A stretch of 61,215 bases of DNA, the filler included, from Squatina squatina (Eukaryota): assembly GCA_031763465.1 (NCBI GenBank). It is 3 parts of 3 records of this genome, joined end to end, with 100 filler letters (N's around TTAATTAATTAA, not from the genome) between each part and the next. Parts side by side here need not be neighbours in the genome. Positions count along the whole stretch, not along the records: positions 1 to 19,259 come from JARFOE010000073.1; positions 19,360 to 48,532 come from JARFOE010000008.1; 1 more part is not named here. One strand, 5' to 3'. This document shows, piece by piece, positions 10,784 through 24,719 of this stretch; the first letter of the stretch is position 1; each line of letters opens with the position of its first letter. The translations under genes were made by a program, and so were the position numbers. The notes under the pieces were generated by a model. The model ran no database searches. It was not told where the DNA came from and worked only from the letters and a program-made list of their open reading frames with translations.

Positions 10784-13035
10784 GTACTTGAATCAATGTG
10801 TATCTTCTTATCCATCTTGTGTTTCTGTACCCTGTGATAGAAAAGCACAGATGTCTTATTATAGAACAATATTTGATCAACTGCCTTTGCATTTTAAAGT
10901 GTGTCTTGTGTCCTGCATTATAACCAGTGCAAAAAGACTGCTTGAGCTTGGTGTTGCTTTGTACTCTGTTGAACAGTGATCTTTACCTGTTCTTTTTCAG
11001 CCTGCACTGTGCCAGCAAAATTAGCTAAAACTGCCTTTTGCCGGTTTAGCCTGGCTCCTCTTTCTAGCAACGAAAGATTTGCCCCTTCAGGCATGCTCTT
11101 GATTTTAAAGGTGACATTATTATTAAAAACAGACAAATTTTATTTTGTTTGAGCAGTGAACAAGAAAAACCCCGAAGAGCCGTGTATCATTGTCATCACA
11201 GTGATGTCATGAACAAGCGACATTGCAATAAATTTAGGAATGATTTGTGTCTTTTTGGTCATGGTGTTTTGCCAATTTTCTTGTGAAGTTTAATTAGTTT
11301 ATTCATTAGTTACAAACATCAAGAAGCAGCTTTTTGATCTGCTTCCTGTTCATACAGCTTAGTAAAAGCTTGGTTTTGTTTTGTTGGACGTCTGCATATT
11401 CTAATTAGGACTGCTGCTCATTAGGGACTATACTTCAAAAAAGTTCTGTTTTTTAATGTGCAGTATTCACGTAATCCTTTTTACTTGTGTTTCATAAATA
11501 CTAAGATATTTGAAAATTCTCAGCCTATCACTTTTTTTTAATATAATTTGTACTTCTAAAAGTACTGATAGTTTCAATCTTTACATCTCTGGAGCAGGCA
11601 AGGGTGTATGTAAGTTGCATTGCTCTGCAATATTGTCTTACATTTTTTTTAGGAAGAGGAAACCCATCCTGCTGATGGTGTGTCTTGTTTTTTGCAATCT
11701 TTGCTATGTACTGTTATTGAGAGGAACCTAGTTCTGTACTAGATTTCATCAAGAGAGGTCCGAGAGGAAGCATTTAATTTCTTCTCTTCCTTTCCTGCCC
11801 CATACATTGTACAACAAATCATGATGTGTGACTGTGTAAGTTAGCATTGCAGCTGAACTGCTGCCATGGAGAAAAGCTAATTGCCATGGCAGCACGGCTG
11901 CTGCTGTCATTGGTTCTTGGTTGCCATAAGCTGCCTCGTCTCTATGCTTATTCTCAATGCGTGTGCATCATATATACAGAGATCCTAACATTTAAATGCA
12001 GTTCTAGCCAGTGTATTTGCATGTGTGTGTGTGTCTGTCTGTTTGTGCATGCATGTGTATATAATTGTTAATGCTATTGATTTATAATGATTTCGGGAGT
12101 CAGACTCCTGAATGTCTTCTGTGCAAACATACTGCTCTTCAAAAGGCTTTGAACTAAGTGAGTTATTTAGGTCTGCATAAATTTANNNNNNNNNNNNNNN
12201 NNNNNNNNNNNNNNNNNNNNNNNNNNNNNNNNNNNNNNNNNNNNNNNNNNNNNNNNNNNNNNNNNNNNNNNNNNNNNNNNNNNNNGTTGCAAAGTGACAT
12301 TGGCAGAGAGCTATGGCAGGTTGTTCCCTCCCCCACTTTACCAGGGAGTGGTAAGTGTAATGAACACTGCAAAAAAGGAAAGGATAAAAATTAGAAATGA
12401 GTTCATGTCAGTGTTATTGATTGCTAACCTGAAATATTCCATCCAAAGCAGATGGTACAATATTTTGCAACCACACTATTTTGAGCTGTCATATATCCTG
12501 TAATCTAATGCCTGACACTTCTAATCAGTGATGAGTTATACTATGTATTAAAATGAGGTTCAAAGAATTCAACTAGCATATTTCACAGTGAGAATGTATC
12601 TTTTTTGGCACCAATCCAATTGGATGAGATTAGCAGCTGGACATGCCTGTTAAAATCTCTGACGGCCTGTCAAATCATTGAAAAACAGAGCACATTGCAG
12701 ATATTCTAACACTCTCAGTGGTGGCCAGTGCATCTGGCTGATACTTCAGGAGATCAATACTTAATTCCAGCTCAAGTTTCTAATCTGTATGTTGAATTCA
12801 TAATTCAGTTATACAGTGATGATTGAAGAAATCCTAGAAAGTTTAACAAAGTAAAATTATTGAACAAATGNNNNNNNNNNNNNNNNNNNNNNNNNNNNNN
12901 NNNNNNNNNNNNNNNNNNNNNNNNNNNNNNNNNNNNNNNNNNNNNNNNNNNNNNNNNNNNNNNNNNNNNNGCACAATATATGACGTCAAATTCTAGCAAA
13001 CACATATTGACTACTTGTACTGTTTCCACTCACAG

Positions 13036-13087
13036 TGTTCTGGATGATGAGGGCAGCAACCTGCGACAACAGAAGCTTGACAGACAG
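13036..13087 (+). CDS. TUB: TUB exon (VLDDEGSNLRQQKLDRQ)
   Basis: CACAG acceptor and GTAAG donor; peptide matches the tubby N-terminal conserved region. Confidence 0.97.
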
Positions 13088-13129
13088 GTAAGAGATTTAA
13101 GTGCCACACATACTGTAGCATTTGTTTTT

Positions 13130-13400
13130 AACATAAGAAATAGGAGCAGTAGAAGACCATTCGGCCCCTCGAGCCTGCTCTGCCATTCAATAAGATCATG
13201 GCTGGTCTTCTACCTCAACTCCATTTTCCTGCACTATGTTTGTTCCCTTAATTCCCTTAATATCCAAAAATGTATTGATCTCTGCCTTGAATATACTCAA
13301 CGACGGAGTCTCCACAACCCTCTGGGGTAGAGAATTCCAAAGATTCACCGCCCTCTCGGAGTGAAGAAATTTCTCCTCATCTCAGTCCTAAATGGCCGAC
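13130..13400 (-). mobile_element. CR1 LINE 3' end
   Basis: Reverse-complement CR1 tail AACATAAGAAATAGGAGCAG...CCATTCAATAAGATCATGGCTG. Confidence 0.85.
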
Positions 13401-14309
13401 TCTTTTCTTTGGGAGAAAATCTTCTTACGCTATCAAGACTTTGCTAAAATATATTATTTGAATCAGTCAAGGGCCAATGATTGTAAGTGGTTAATGTAAA
13501 TTCTTTGGGCGATGTCATGCTTCTAAAAATTACTTGCAAAACAAAATAGGGGCCAATGTTTTAAAAGTGCACAAATCAAAATATTGCAGATACTAGAAAT
13601 CTGAAACATTAAACAGAAAGTACTGGAAACACTCAGNNNNNNNNNNNNNNNNNNNNNNNNNNNNNNNNNNNNNNNNNNNNNNNNNNNNNNNNNNNNNNNN
13701 NNNNNNNNNNNNNNNNNNNNNNNNNNNNNNNNNNNNCTGATTACTCACAACAAACTGTACCAGGCTTTCCTCTCCTCTGTCAAAACCACCCACTAGTCTG
13801 GAATCATCTTGAAGATTATCCTGGCTTCTTTCCTCCATGACCAACCATTCCTTAAACGCCTCTCCCCTGCGCGCTCAGCTTCCCCTGTAATTTGAGCCAT
13901 GGAATATAAAAGTAAGTTCACAGATCCCACACTTACAGGAAAGCGTTGTGCGGTAACAGAGCACCTGTTGAAGAATCGGGACTACAGTTTAATATCTCTA
14001 CCTCCCGTCTGCATTTTCTTCCTGTCTAGTCCTCTGTGGGGAGCGTGCGAACGGTGAATTTACAGCATACATTCAATACACATTTAGTTATTTTTCTACA
14101 CTTTTTCTCACTAATCTAACAGAAAAACTTTTATTTTAAATATCTTTACAGATTCCTGCTGCCGAAAGCCTCAAGGCCTGAATGCGGAGAAACCATTGCT
14201 TTCTGAGCCGGTGGTTACTTTGTAAATTGAACATGGTCTAAAGTTCGCTCAAATTGAAACTATTTCATGCGTGTTTGCTCAATGATTAACAGACGTTCAT
14301 TTCCCACAG

Positions 14310-14472
14310 CGGGCTTTACTGGAACAGAAGCAAAAGAAAAAGCGGCAGGAGCCCTTGATGGTCCAGGCGAATGCCGACAGCCGATCACGGACTCGACGAA
14401 TGAAGCAGTCGGAGGAGCAGGCCCCTCTGGTTGAATCTTATCTCAACAGTAACAGCAGTACCATTTATCATG
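14310..14472 (+). CDS. TUB: TUB exon ([23 protein letters not shown]...[11 protein letters not shown]...)
   Basis: CACAG acceptor and GTAAG donor, 163 nt; conserved tubby N-terminal helix and basic NLS-like stretch. Confidence 0.97.
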
Positions 14473-16625
14473 GTAAGCCAGTGCAGTCTATGCTGTTTGT
14501 ATGCACTCAACTAATTCAAGGTTACTTCATTCAAGTTGTCTGATAATTCAAATTTTTTCGCCTAGGTTCCACTTCGCTGTGTTATTTACATTGCCTAATT
14601 CAAACTACTGAATAATTGGATTTTTTGAGAGTTAAAAATGACTTTGAACTGTCAGAAGTAGACTAATGTTCATCGCAGGGCAGGATTTAGTCAATAATTC
14701 ATTTGCTGAGTGGGGAAGGAAGAGAGGATGGTATTTCAGTTTATGGTGCAGAAATTACACCACGTATTCTCATATCAAGAATATTCACTTAACAGGAATT
14801 CCTACTGCGAATAGTGTGTACAGTCTAACCCAGTGATAAACTTTGGTGTACCTTTTCCTTGAGCCCAGTAAGGGAGTTCAAATGTCACTGACATTCACTC
14901 TTTCACAAAGAGAACTTGTTATGTCCCCTTGAGTTCGACTGTGTAGAGGTATTAAATAATAGAACTATTTTCTAACCTAAACATATGGAGCTGGTAATTG
15001 GATCATGCGACGCTTGTTCTCGTGGCATAAGGAGTGAACCTGTAGGCCATGTACGCACTTGCTGCAATATTACCTGCCATCCGATTATTAACTATGTTGA
15101 TTTTTTAATGGTTTATGAGATGAATGCATCTGCGTTCCCTGTAACACTAATCTTTCCGCAGTGGTTCCTCTTGAAAGTGTCTTGCATACTGGACACAAAA
15201 TAATTATTTGATAAATAATTAGTGATGAAATTTTGAATAAATGAATTGTAATTCCTTAAAATCTTAAGCAGTTGATTCCAGATTTACTAGGAGATGACAT
15301 TCTTCTGACGCTATCATTAAGACAAAAGAGATCTTATNNNNNNNNNNNNNNNNNNNNNNNNNNNNNNNNNNNNNNNNNNNNNNNNNNNNNNNNNNNNNNN
15401 NNNNNNNNNNNNNNNNNNNNNNNNNNNNNNNNNNNNNTAAGCTATTTTGCTCGATTGGGCACTGAGTTGTTACGCTGCCTTCCCTTGATGAACAGGCTCT
15501 AAGAAACTTATTTGTCATTGTCATAGCTTGTGCAGATACTTCCTGTGATAAAGTAGTTATCCTTAAACACTGCCTACGAGCATCTCTACATAATCTATAT
15601 TCAAATGACCTGAAGGAGACATTTCACTGGAAACCTTTTAGTTGATCTTCATTATCATAAGTTGACGCGGAGCAGTATATTTTGTTTATTGTACTTGAGT
15701 AAACTGATTCCTGCTGCACTTGTACATTATTTATATCCTATCTCATCTGAACTGATGTTGTGATTGGAAATACGAGCCCACTAAATGACTGGATTATTTC
15801 AGATCCTACCTATTGTTATATCTTCAGTCATTACAGCCCTCTTCTCTGGAATTCTCTTCCAAACCACTTTACCTTGCTACCTCCCTTGCTTCCTTCCTTC
15901 AAAAGCCTCCTGAAAATCCCTCTCTTTCAATGTGCCTTCACGCTGCACCCTTCAAATGTTTCCCTTTCCACATCTCTACCTTGCAAAGCATTTTGAGATT
16001 AAAAAGTAAAACAAAAACTGCAAATGCTGGAAGCGAAAGCAGAAACTATTTTTGTTAAGCATTTTGGGATGTCATTTTACATGATGAATCCTGTATAAAT
16101 GTAAGTTCTTGTACTTTAAACCATCCACGCTGTGTCAAGCCAGAGCTTGTAGCAAAGCAAACAGNNNNNNNNNNNNNNNNNNNNNNNNNNNNNNNNNNNN
16201 NNNNNNNNNNNNNNNNNNNNNNNNNNNNNNNNNNNNNNNNNNNNNNNNNNNNNNNNNNNNNNNNCTGGATTTCACAGAAACTTACACCAATTTTGCGACA
16301 CCCGGGCGATCAGAACGCTGGACGCAATTGGGATGCTATTCCGCTCTGCAGCGTTTGCAGCGCAGCGTATATGAATTTCAGCCCCTTTGTCTCCACGTGT
16401 CATAAGGCCTGTATTCAGGGCTATTTTTGGTCAGCTTTTTTGGGGCATGTGTGCATCTTGAACTACTTTCTGGAGTGCAGTGATTAATTGGCTGTTATGT
16501 CATTAGTAATTTACTCCGTGTTGTAAGCTACTTCCTTTAAGATTTAACCCAAAACTACAAGGGCTAGAAAATTTCTGCCATTAACACTTGGTTGAAGTGA
16601 CAGTTGATCTCTTTTGATCCACCAG

Positions 16626-16790
16626 GAATCGATGGTCCAGCTGCCTTTCAGGATGATGTCCAGGAGGTGGGAAGTCAAATTCAGATTCTCACTGTTGGAC
16701 AGTCCAGCAATGATGATGATGATGCAGACACTGCAGCCAGTGCACAGCAAGCAACAAAGCAGGACCTTCGAGTAACAATGCAGAAAAAAG
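16626..16790 (+). CDS. TUB: TUB exon (GIDGPAAF...QILTVGQS...QDLRVTMQKKG)
   Basis: CCAG acceptor and GTGAG donor, phase 1-1; resembles TUB QILTVGQS...QDLRATMQRKG. Confidence 0.93.
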
Positions 16791-17803
16791 GTGAGACAGG
16801 TTATATTACTTGTTAAATGATGTGTACTGAAACCGACAGTACCCTCTTTATTGATCTGAGAATAATTATCCCAATTAAAATCATAAAATCCATTGTGGGG
16901 AAAAAAATCAGATGGGGTGCAAAACGGACCTGTTTAGCACCTGTTTTGTGCTACTCCAAATACCAATTTCACCCCCCAGTGTCAGCATTAATAATCCCAG
17001 GGTAGGTGTAGCATGGCTAGATGCAGAATAAAGTTCCCTTCTAACCTGCCCAACCAAATCTACATCACCCCAATCTTAGAACTCTACCTACTTCGCTAGT
17101 ATGATATTATTTACCATTTCTCACACCATAACTTCTGTGGCTGCTCTGAGTGAGGCATTGTGAATAAATATTTAATTAAGGACAGAATTATGCTGAAGNN
17201 NNNNNNNNNNNNNNNNNNNNNNNNNNNNNNNNNNNNNNNNNNNNNNNNNNNNNNNNNNNNNNNNNNNNNNNNNNNNNNNNNNNNNNNNNNNNNNNNNNCA
17301 TTATAATATTTAAATGAGCGACCCGCCTCCTGCCAGCGGGTTGGCTGCCCCCCACCCCGATCCTGCCTCTGTTATAAATGGAAGTGAGCGGGTTGAGGTC
17401 GGGATTCAGTTTTTAACTATTTAACCCCTCACCTGACCCTAACCCACCTGCTTTTTGGGGTTAAAATTCCCCCCAGAGTTTCTGTTTGCCCAACATGGAC
17501 TATTCACCATCGGGGCATATCTCAGTTACACAAGTCCAGAAAACTTAGGCGCAGGTTGGAAAGATGTAATATCGATAGAGGATAGTTCTTTTTTAAAGAT
17601 ATCCAAATTAATTATTGTTTTTCTGGTAGTTTGTTCCATTTATCCGTGGTGGTGTGGGAAGGAAAAATGTCTTCTTTCCCCAGTATCCCTTCATCCTGCT
17701 ATATACAAACATTCACAAAAAAAAGTGTGGCAAGACTAATGCAGCCCACGGAGATCTCCTCACATTTCCCTGTTACAGAGTGCAATGTATTTCTGTTTTT
17801 CAG

Positions 17804-17933
17804 GAAGCTGCCTCTGTCTCAACCCCTCCAGGAACTGATGCTCTCATAGATGTGGACGACCTTGAGGAGTTTGCTGTGAGACCAGCTCCACAAGGAATCA
17901 CCATCAAATGCCGAATCACAAGGGATAAGAAGG
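17804..17933 (+). CDS. TUB: TUB exon at the start of the tubby domain (EAAS...[25 protein letters not shown]), truncated by gap
   Basis: Polypyrimidine tract plus CAG acceptor; hallmark tubby motif [19 protein letters not shown]. Confidence 0.97.
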
Positions 17934-18844
17934 NNNNNNNNNNNNNNNNNNNNNNNNNNNNNNNNNNNNNNNNNNNNNNNNNNNNNNNNNNNNNNNNNNN
18001 NNNNNNNNNNNNNNNNNNNNNNNNNNNNNNNNNCCACATTAAGGCTATTTACATGAAGTCTTCACAACAATTTTGCTGTTACTTACTTTGTCAGTTAATT
18101 TGCTTATTTTGAATAAATTCTTTGAATTATGCGGTGCGACTTGATGGAGAAGATGGCTTCATTATCATTTAGTCAGCAAGATCAGACAATGCCTTGATGC
18201 TTATCAACAAATGTTTAAAACTGTCATTTAAAGTTGGTGACCCACAATGCTGCTGCTAATTTGCTAACCTTGACCAAACATGCAAACTAGCCAGTTAAGA
18301 TAACTTGTCAAATTCTGATTGTGACCGACTTCATCTGTTCGGCTTTCTGATTTTGTGTAGATGGTAGAATATTGGCTAATTCCAGAACTAATCAATATTC
18401 CAAGAGCTATTTGATTAATACCAGTTTAACAAAGAAACTGACATAGATTTCCTATAAATAGGACAATATCTATTGTACCAGACTATTCATCTCAACTACC
18501 CTTTCAATTTGTTTATTGCCTACGTTATTTTTTCTTTTCTTTCTCCTTTTACATCCGGTGCTGGCTACGGGGCGAGTAAACAGGCCTTCAGCATTTTACA
18601 TGACCAGCGTCCTCACCAGTTGAGATAAAGTGTTAAGAGAAAGTGCTAGCTTTTAACTCTCCTTCTGAGAAGACGACTTTGGAAAGCAGGGGTGGAAATT
18701 GTAGCACAAAGTTGTTTTCTTCCCCATGCCATGGTTTGGATATCCAAAGTAATGTTAAATTTGCTCCCTCATCAAAGACTGATTTTATTCACAGTCATGA
18801 ACCTGCATCTACTTTTCTAACAACTGCTACTTTCTTTGATTAAG

Positions 18845-19016
18845 GAGCATGAAACTTTGTTGGCACGATGGCAGAACAAAAACACAGAGAGTGTAATTGA
18901 GCTACACAACAAAACTCCAGTATGGAATGATGATACTCAATCCTACGTCCTTAATTTCCATGGCCGAGTTACACAGGCCTCTGTGAAGAATTTCCAGATT
19001 ATTCATGACAATGACC
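18845..19016 (+). CDS. TUB: TUB exon, tubby domain ([16 protein letters not shown]...[21 protein letters not shown])
   Basis: AG acceptor and GTAAG donor, 172 nt; near-identical to vertebrate TUB. Confidence 0.98.
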
Positions 19017-19259
19017 GTAAGTAGAAAGCTCGCGGCTGTCCGGGAAGTTCTCGAGGTAATTACAATGAATGGCCACTTGAGCACGGTACCGGGTGACAAC
19101 TGTGGAACTTGTTTCCAGCATGAAGGATTAAACCTTGCATTTTAAACCTCAGTCTCGAAGAACAATTTCATTATTACACAAACTATTTCCATTCTTCCAA
19201 GCACGTTATTCCCATTCTTCTGGGCAACCGGTGCATGAATTTCTTACCTTCAGAGGTTG

Positions 19260-19359
19260 NNNNNNNNNNNNNNNNNNNNNNNNNNNNNNNNNNNNNNNNN
19301 NNNTTAATTAATTAANNNNNNNNNNNNNNNNNNNNNNNNNNNNNNNNNNNNNNNNNNNN
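19260..19359. other. Artificial linker N44-TTAATTAATTAA-N44
   Basis: 12-mer with stops in all six frames at 19304-19315, centred in a 100-nt gap; identical construct at 48533-48632. Confidence 0.9.
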
Positions 19360-19479
19360 AACCACGGCTGACACTCTGTGTCTAATCTGTGCTGTCCCTG
19401 CCATTGAAAGCGTTTGCTGGAACAACATAGAAAAAAAGACTTGTATTTCTATTGCGTCTTTCACGACCACTGTGTTAAG

Positions 19480-20010
19480 GGGAAACAGGCACTTCCTATT
19501 CACTCTATCTAGGCCCCTCATAATTTTATACTCCTCAATCAAGTCTCCCCTGAACCTGCTCTGTTCCAAAGAAAACAACCCCAGTCTATCGAATCTTTCC
19601 TCATTACTGAAATTCTCCAGTCCTGGCACCATCCTCGTAAATCTCCTCTGTACCACCTCCAGCGCCATCACATCTTTCCTGCAATGTGGTGACCAGAACT
19701 GTACGCAGTACTCTCGCTCTGGCCTAACTCGTGTTTTTTACAGTTCAAGCAGATCCTCACTGCACTTATATTCTGTACCTCAATTACTGCATTATCCTTG
19801 TTTACTCTTTCTGTTACTGCTTCAAAGAATTCCATGAGGTTGGTCAACATGACTTTCCCTTTCGAAATCCATACTGAAGACTCTTAATTATATTTTCAGT
19901 TTCTAGATGTTTTTTAATTACATTTTTAAGTACAGATTTCATTATCTTTCCTACCACCGTCATTAATCTAGCTGGTCTGTAGTTCCCTGCACTTGTCCCA
20001 TTTCCCTTAA
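19480..20010 (-). mobile_element. CR1 LINE ORF2 fragments with internal deletion
   Basis: GNYRPARLMTVVGKIM, YGFRKGKSC, LTNLMEFFE, ALEVVQRRFTRMVPGL. Confidence 0.9.
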
Positions 20011-20041
20011 GTATATCAATAACATTAAAATATATATCTTT

Positions 20042-20495
20042 TCCAACACTGACTAGTTTATCCTGTCTGATATAAACTAATGCCACAGTCACTGACACCA
20101 ATCTCTTTCTGCCTGATATAGACCAACCTCATAGTCACTGACACCAATCTCCTCCTATCTGTTATAAAGCAATCCCACAGTCACTGACACCAATCTCCTC
20201 CTGTCTGATATATACCAAACCCAGTCACTGACACCAATCTCCTCCTGTCTGTTATAAAGCAATCACACAGTCACTGACACCAATCTCCTCCTATCTGTTA
20301 TAAAGCAATCCCACTGTCACTGCTGCCAATCTCCTCCTGTCTGATATAAACCAACCCCACAGTCACTGACACCAATCTCCTCCCATCTGATAGATACCAA
20401 CTCCACAGTCACGGACACCAATCTCCTCCCGTCTGATATAGACCAATCCCACTGTCACTAATACCAATCTCCTCTTGTCTGGTATGAACCAAACC
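20042..20495. repeat. 46-bp minisatellite (CACAGTCACTGACACCAATCTCCTCCTGTCTGATATAAACCAACCC), ~10 copies
   Basis: GTCACTGACACC recurs with a period of about 46 nt. Confidence 0.93.
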
Positions 20496-21049
20496 CATAG
20501 GCCCAAAAAGATTAAACTCAGCCCATTAATTGGACTGGACTTGTCTCCATTCTCGTGCTGTGCTGTTCCAGACAGGGGGGGACGGGGGCAAGATTTGGGG
20601 ATTCTCGATTCTGCACCAATTGCCATTCCCCTTCTTTCTGATGGATAATGGAGGTGCCAATGTGTGTAATGTGCAGGTCAGTAAGAATTGTCCGCAAAGA
20701 TTAATCTGCACTTTCTAATTGGAGATCTAAATCAGTGGAACCTTTCAGACACTGAATTGTAGATTTTGTACCAATGGTCAATTTAGGATTGAGGTAAAAG
20801 TTCATGATTTTATCGCAAATGAATTTCTGATGAGAGTCCCTGATTGAGGAAATGATCACAGACAGCGGTTCTTAAAGGGACACTGCAGCCCCGAGAACAC
20901 AATCAGCATTATATTCAGAATATTAAACACCCGTCCAGTTATACATGGTAGTAACATCAACAGAAACAAATTCCATCTCTCAGAATGAACATGGCTCAGT
21001 TGTGAATGCGATTAAAAGCAGCAATAACAGCAGATTCCAACCCCTGGAG

Positions 21050-22230
<1,181 letters not shown>

Positions 22231-22699
22231 CTGATCAATCGAGTGACTCCGTCAGATCTCGACATGATGTTTGATTTAAGTTTCTCGTTTGCATATTTTC
22301 TCCTTCCAGTACCCTGTAAACGAGTTTACCAAAAGACATCACTGTGGTACAGGACAGATATTCAGAACAGACAATTCTAGTTTCTATGGAACATTTTTTC
22401 CTCTCTAGTCCCGCCAAAGCTGCAAATCCCCGTCCCACACACTCTGCCTCATCCTTGTGCTGAAATCCAAACCCATCGCACCTTCTCCATCATTTTCTCC
22501 CCCGCTTCCAGTTTTCTCCTGACCCTCTGCCCTGGTTGGGTTCAGTTCCACCCCCTCTGTGTGCAGAGTGAGAATAAAACCAATGAGCTGCTGATTTTCT
22601 CTCCTGGTCACTGGGCCTTTGACCAGACAGACAGGAATCAGCACAACAAGGCTCGCGATCAGGGGTCACCGACAGGGTCACAAACACGTGATCCAATCA

Positions 22700-23308
22700 A
22701 ACTGACAGACACCCTGAAGCCCCGCCCACCCTTTGTTCATGCGCAAGACAGTGCGCATGCGCCGTGAAACCGGCCTTGTCCAAGATGGCGGCCGGAGGCC
22801 CCGCTCCCCCGGGCGGTGACCAATCGGGCCTGGAACCGGGGGGACAAACACGGGGCCGCAGGCTTTCCTTCCGCTGCTCAGACGGATACCAGGTGTTTAT
22901 AAAGTTTTTAACCCACCCGCGGGTCCAATCCGTTCGCTGCGCCCACAATCTCCCTCGACTTTCAACCTTTCTGCCTCAATCCACCACCGCCACTCGCACT
23001 GCGCATGTGCAGAGCTCCGAAGCTCACAAAGTCCGATTGGTTGGAGGACCAGCCGCCCGCTCGGTCCTCCAGCCCCGCCCACTGGGCGCCGCGAGCCCGC
23101 CCCTCACACACTCCGATTGGTTGGAGGACCAGCCGCCCGCTCGGTCTTCCAGCCCCGCCCCCGCTCTTTCTATTGGTTGGGAGCTGCCGTCAATCACCTG
23201 GGCAGTATGAGTTGAGCATGCGCGGTGGGGCGGCGGCTGTGGGTGAGAGATGGGCGGAGGGAGCGGGTTAATAAACCCCGGGGGGAGGCGGGCTTCACAC
23301 ACACCGAG
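22700..23308. promoter_or_regulatory. CpG-island promoter-like region upstream of the ZNF gene
   Basis: NRF1-like TGCGCATGCGC at 22752-22762, YY1-like CAAGATGGCGGC at 22781-22792, several CCAAT/ATTGG and CCCCGCCC boxes. Confidence 0.7.
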
Positions 23309-23408
23309 NNNNNNNNNNNNNNNNNNNNNNNNNNNNNNNNNNNNNNNNNNNNNNNNNNNNNNNNNNNNNNNNNNNNNNNNNNNNNNNNNNNNNNNNNNNN
23401 NNNNNNNN

Positions 23409-23625
23409 CTATCATTCCCCTTTTCGGAGATTCAAAAACTAGGGAGCAGAATTGTTAAATAACAACAAAAAATCCGATAGGGAATTCAGGAGAAACTTCT
23501 TTCCAGAGAGAATGGTTTGAATGTGGAGTCTGCAATCAGGGAAGAATATGCTGAGAGGTTTGGCTGAAGAAAGGTGGGCGGAGTCACCAGTTCGGCCGAA
23601 TGACCTGTTTCTGTGCAGTAAATTT
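23409..23625 (+). mobile_element. CR1 LINE 3' fragment
   Basis: TTCAGGAGAAACTTCTTT...GAGAATGGT and tail GGCCGAATGACCTGTTTCTGTGC. Confidence 0.7.
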
Positions 23626-23727
23626 AATTTAATTTAATGTAAAACTCATTGCGAATTTTCACCGTCAGGTCAGTTCATTTTGAACCTTTAATCGATGATT
23701 TCCGCTTTCTTTCACTCTGTGTTCCAG

Positions 23728-24031
23728 GTCTGAGCGATGGAGATTCTGTCACTCAGCGGGAGTCCTCGCTCACACTGACAGAGGGAGAAGATGCCACTTT
23801 AACCTGCACCTATACTGGCGATAATTATTACTTATTCTGGTACCGCCAGTACCCAGGCAGACAGCTTGAGTTTGCCGTCCAGAGGTACACGAGCGGAGGT
23901 AATGAATACCAGGCGGATTTCGCTAAAGGCCGGTTTTCTGATACAGTCCAGCAGGCAGGCAAGTTGTACCGATTGACGATCTCGGGGCTGCGGCTGACTG
24001 ACACCGCAGTGTATTACTGTGCACTTCGCCT
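23728..24031 (+). CDS. T-cell receptor alpha/delta variable gene segment, V exon (TRAV/TRDV-like)
   Basis: Acceptor TTCCAG at 23727; open frame DSVTQ...ATLTCTY...YLFWYRQYPG...LTISGLRLTDTAVYYCALR with both Cys and the Trp; followed directly by an RSS. Confidence 0.93.
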
Positions 24032-24070
24032 CACAGTGATGGGAACGAGCTTAAGCCTCGTACAATAACT
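24032..24070 (+). other. Recombination signal sequence with 23-bp spacer
   Basis: CACAGTG (24032-24038) + 23 nt + ACAATAACT (24062-24070). Confidence 0.95.
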
Positions 24071-24719
24071 GCTGCAGTTTTCTGGGTCACAGCAGTTGTC
24101 GGTTGTGGAAAGTTTCTCACAGCAAGTCAGACACAGACACGTGAGTACATTCCTGTGCGTGCAGGCCCCGAGCAGAATCCACATCAGCCTCAGATAAAAC
24201 AGTTCACATCGAAAACTGATTCAACCTGATTATTGCATTACCTGTGTGAGGAGAGAAAAGGTTGTTCTCCATTTGTGTATCTCAGGGAACTGCCACTCCC
24301 ATTGAGAATAAACACACCTGTGGGTTACCAGAACTGATTATATCAGTGCACCACTGCTTCACATGTAAAAATATCAAACGGACAAATAAAGATTTGTTTA
24401 AAATATCAGGAGACAGAGAGAGCTCGGGTGGGGAAGGCCCCAACAATTCTAATAACTTTACTAAACAGTTCTCAATGGTACAGACACATGCCCATATATA
24501 AACTAAGAATCTGCTGTAAAAGCAGATTCCAGAAAGTCTGAACATATGCAGCTGATGGACTAGCATTATTTGAATAATAATCTCAGCGGACAGACATGCT
24601 GTGCTCTCTGCTCCGGGTCAGATAGTAAGCGGACCGACTGAATACAAAAAGAGCAGGTAACAGAAAAAATGATATAGTGAGATACAAACCGTGAAAAGAT
24701 CAATAAAACACATCTTAAA

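Noticed and set aside
11196-11202. Lone CACAGTG heptamers (also near 12585 and 13031)
   Set aside because: No convincing nonamer at 12- or 23-nt spacing and no V/D/J sequence nearby
19304-19315. TTAATTAATTAA as a biological palindrome or piggyBac target
   Set aside because: Centred exactly in N padding and repeated at 48577; an assembly linker
20042-20495. Possible CRISPR-like arrays here and at the other periodic repeats
   Set aside because: No unique spacers, whole units repeat, no cas genes, vertebrate DNA
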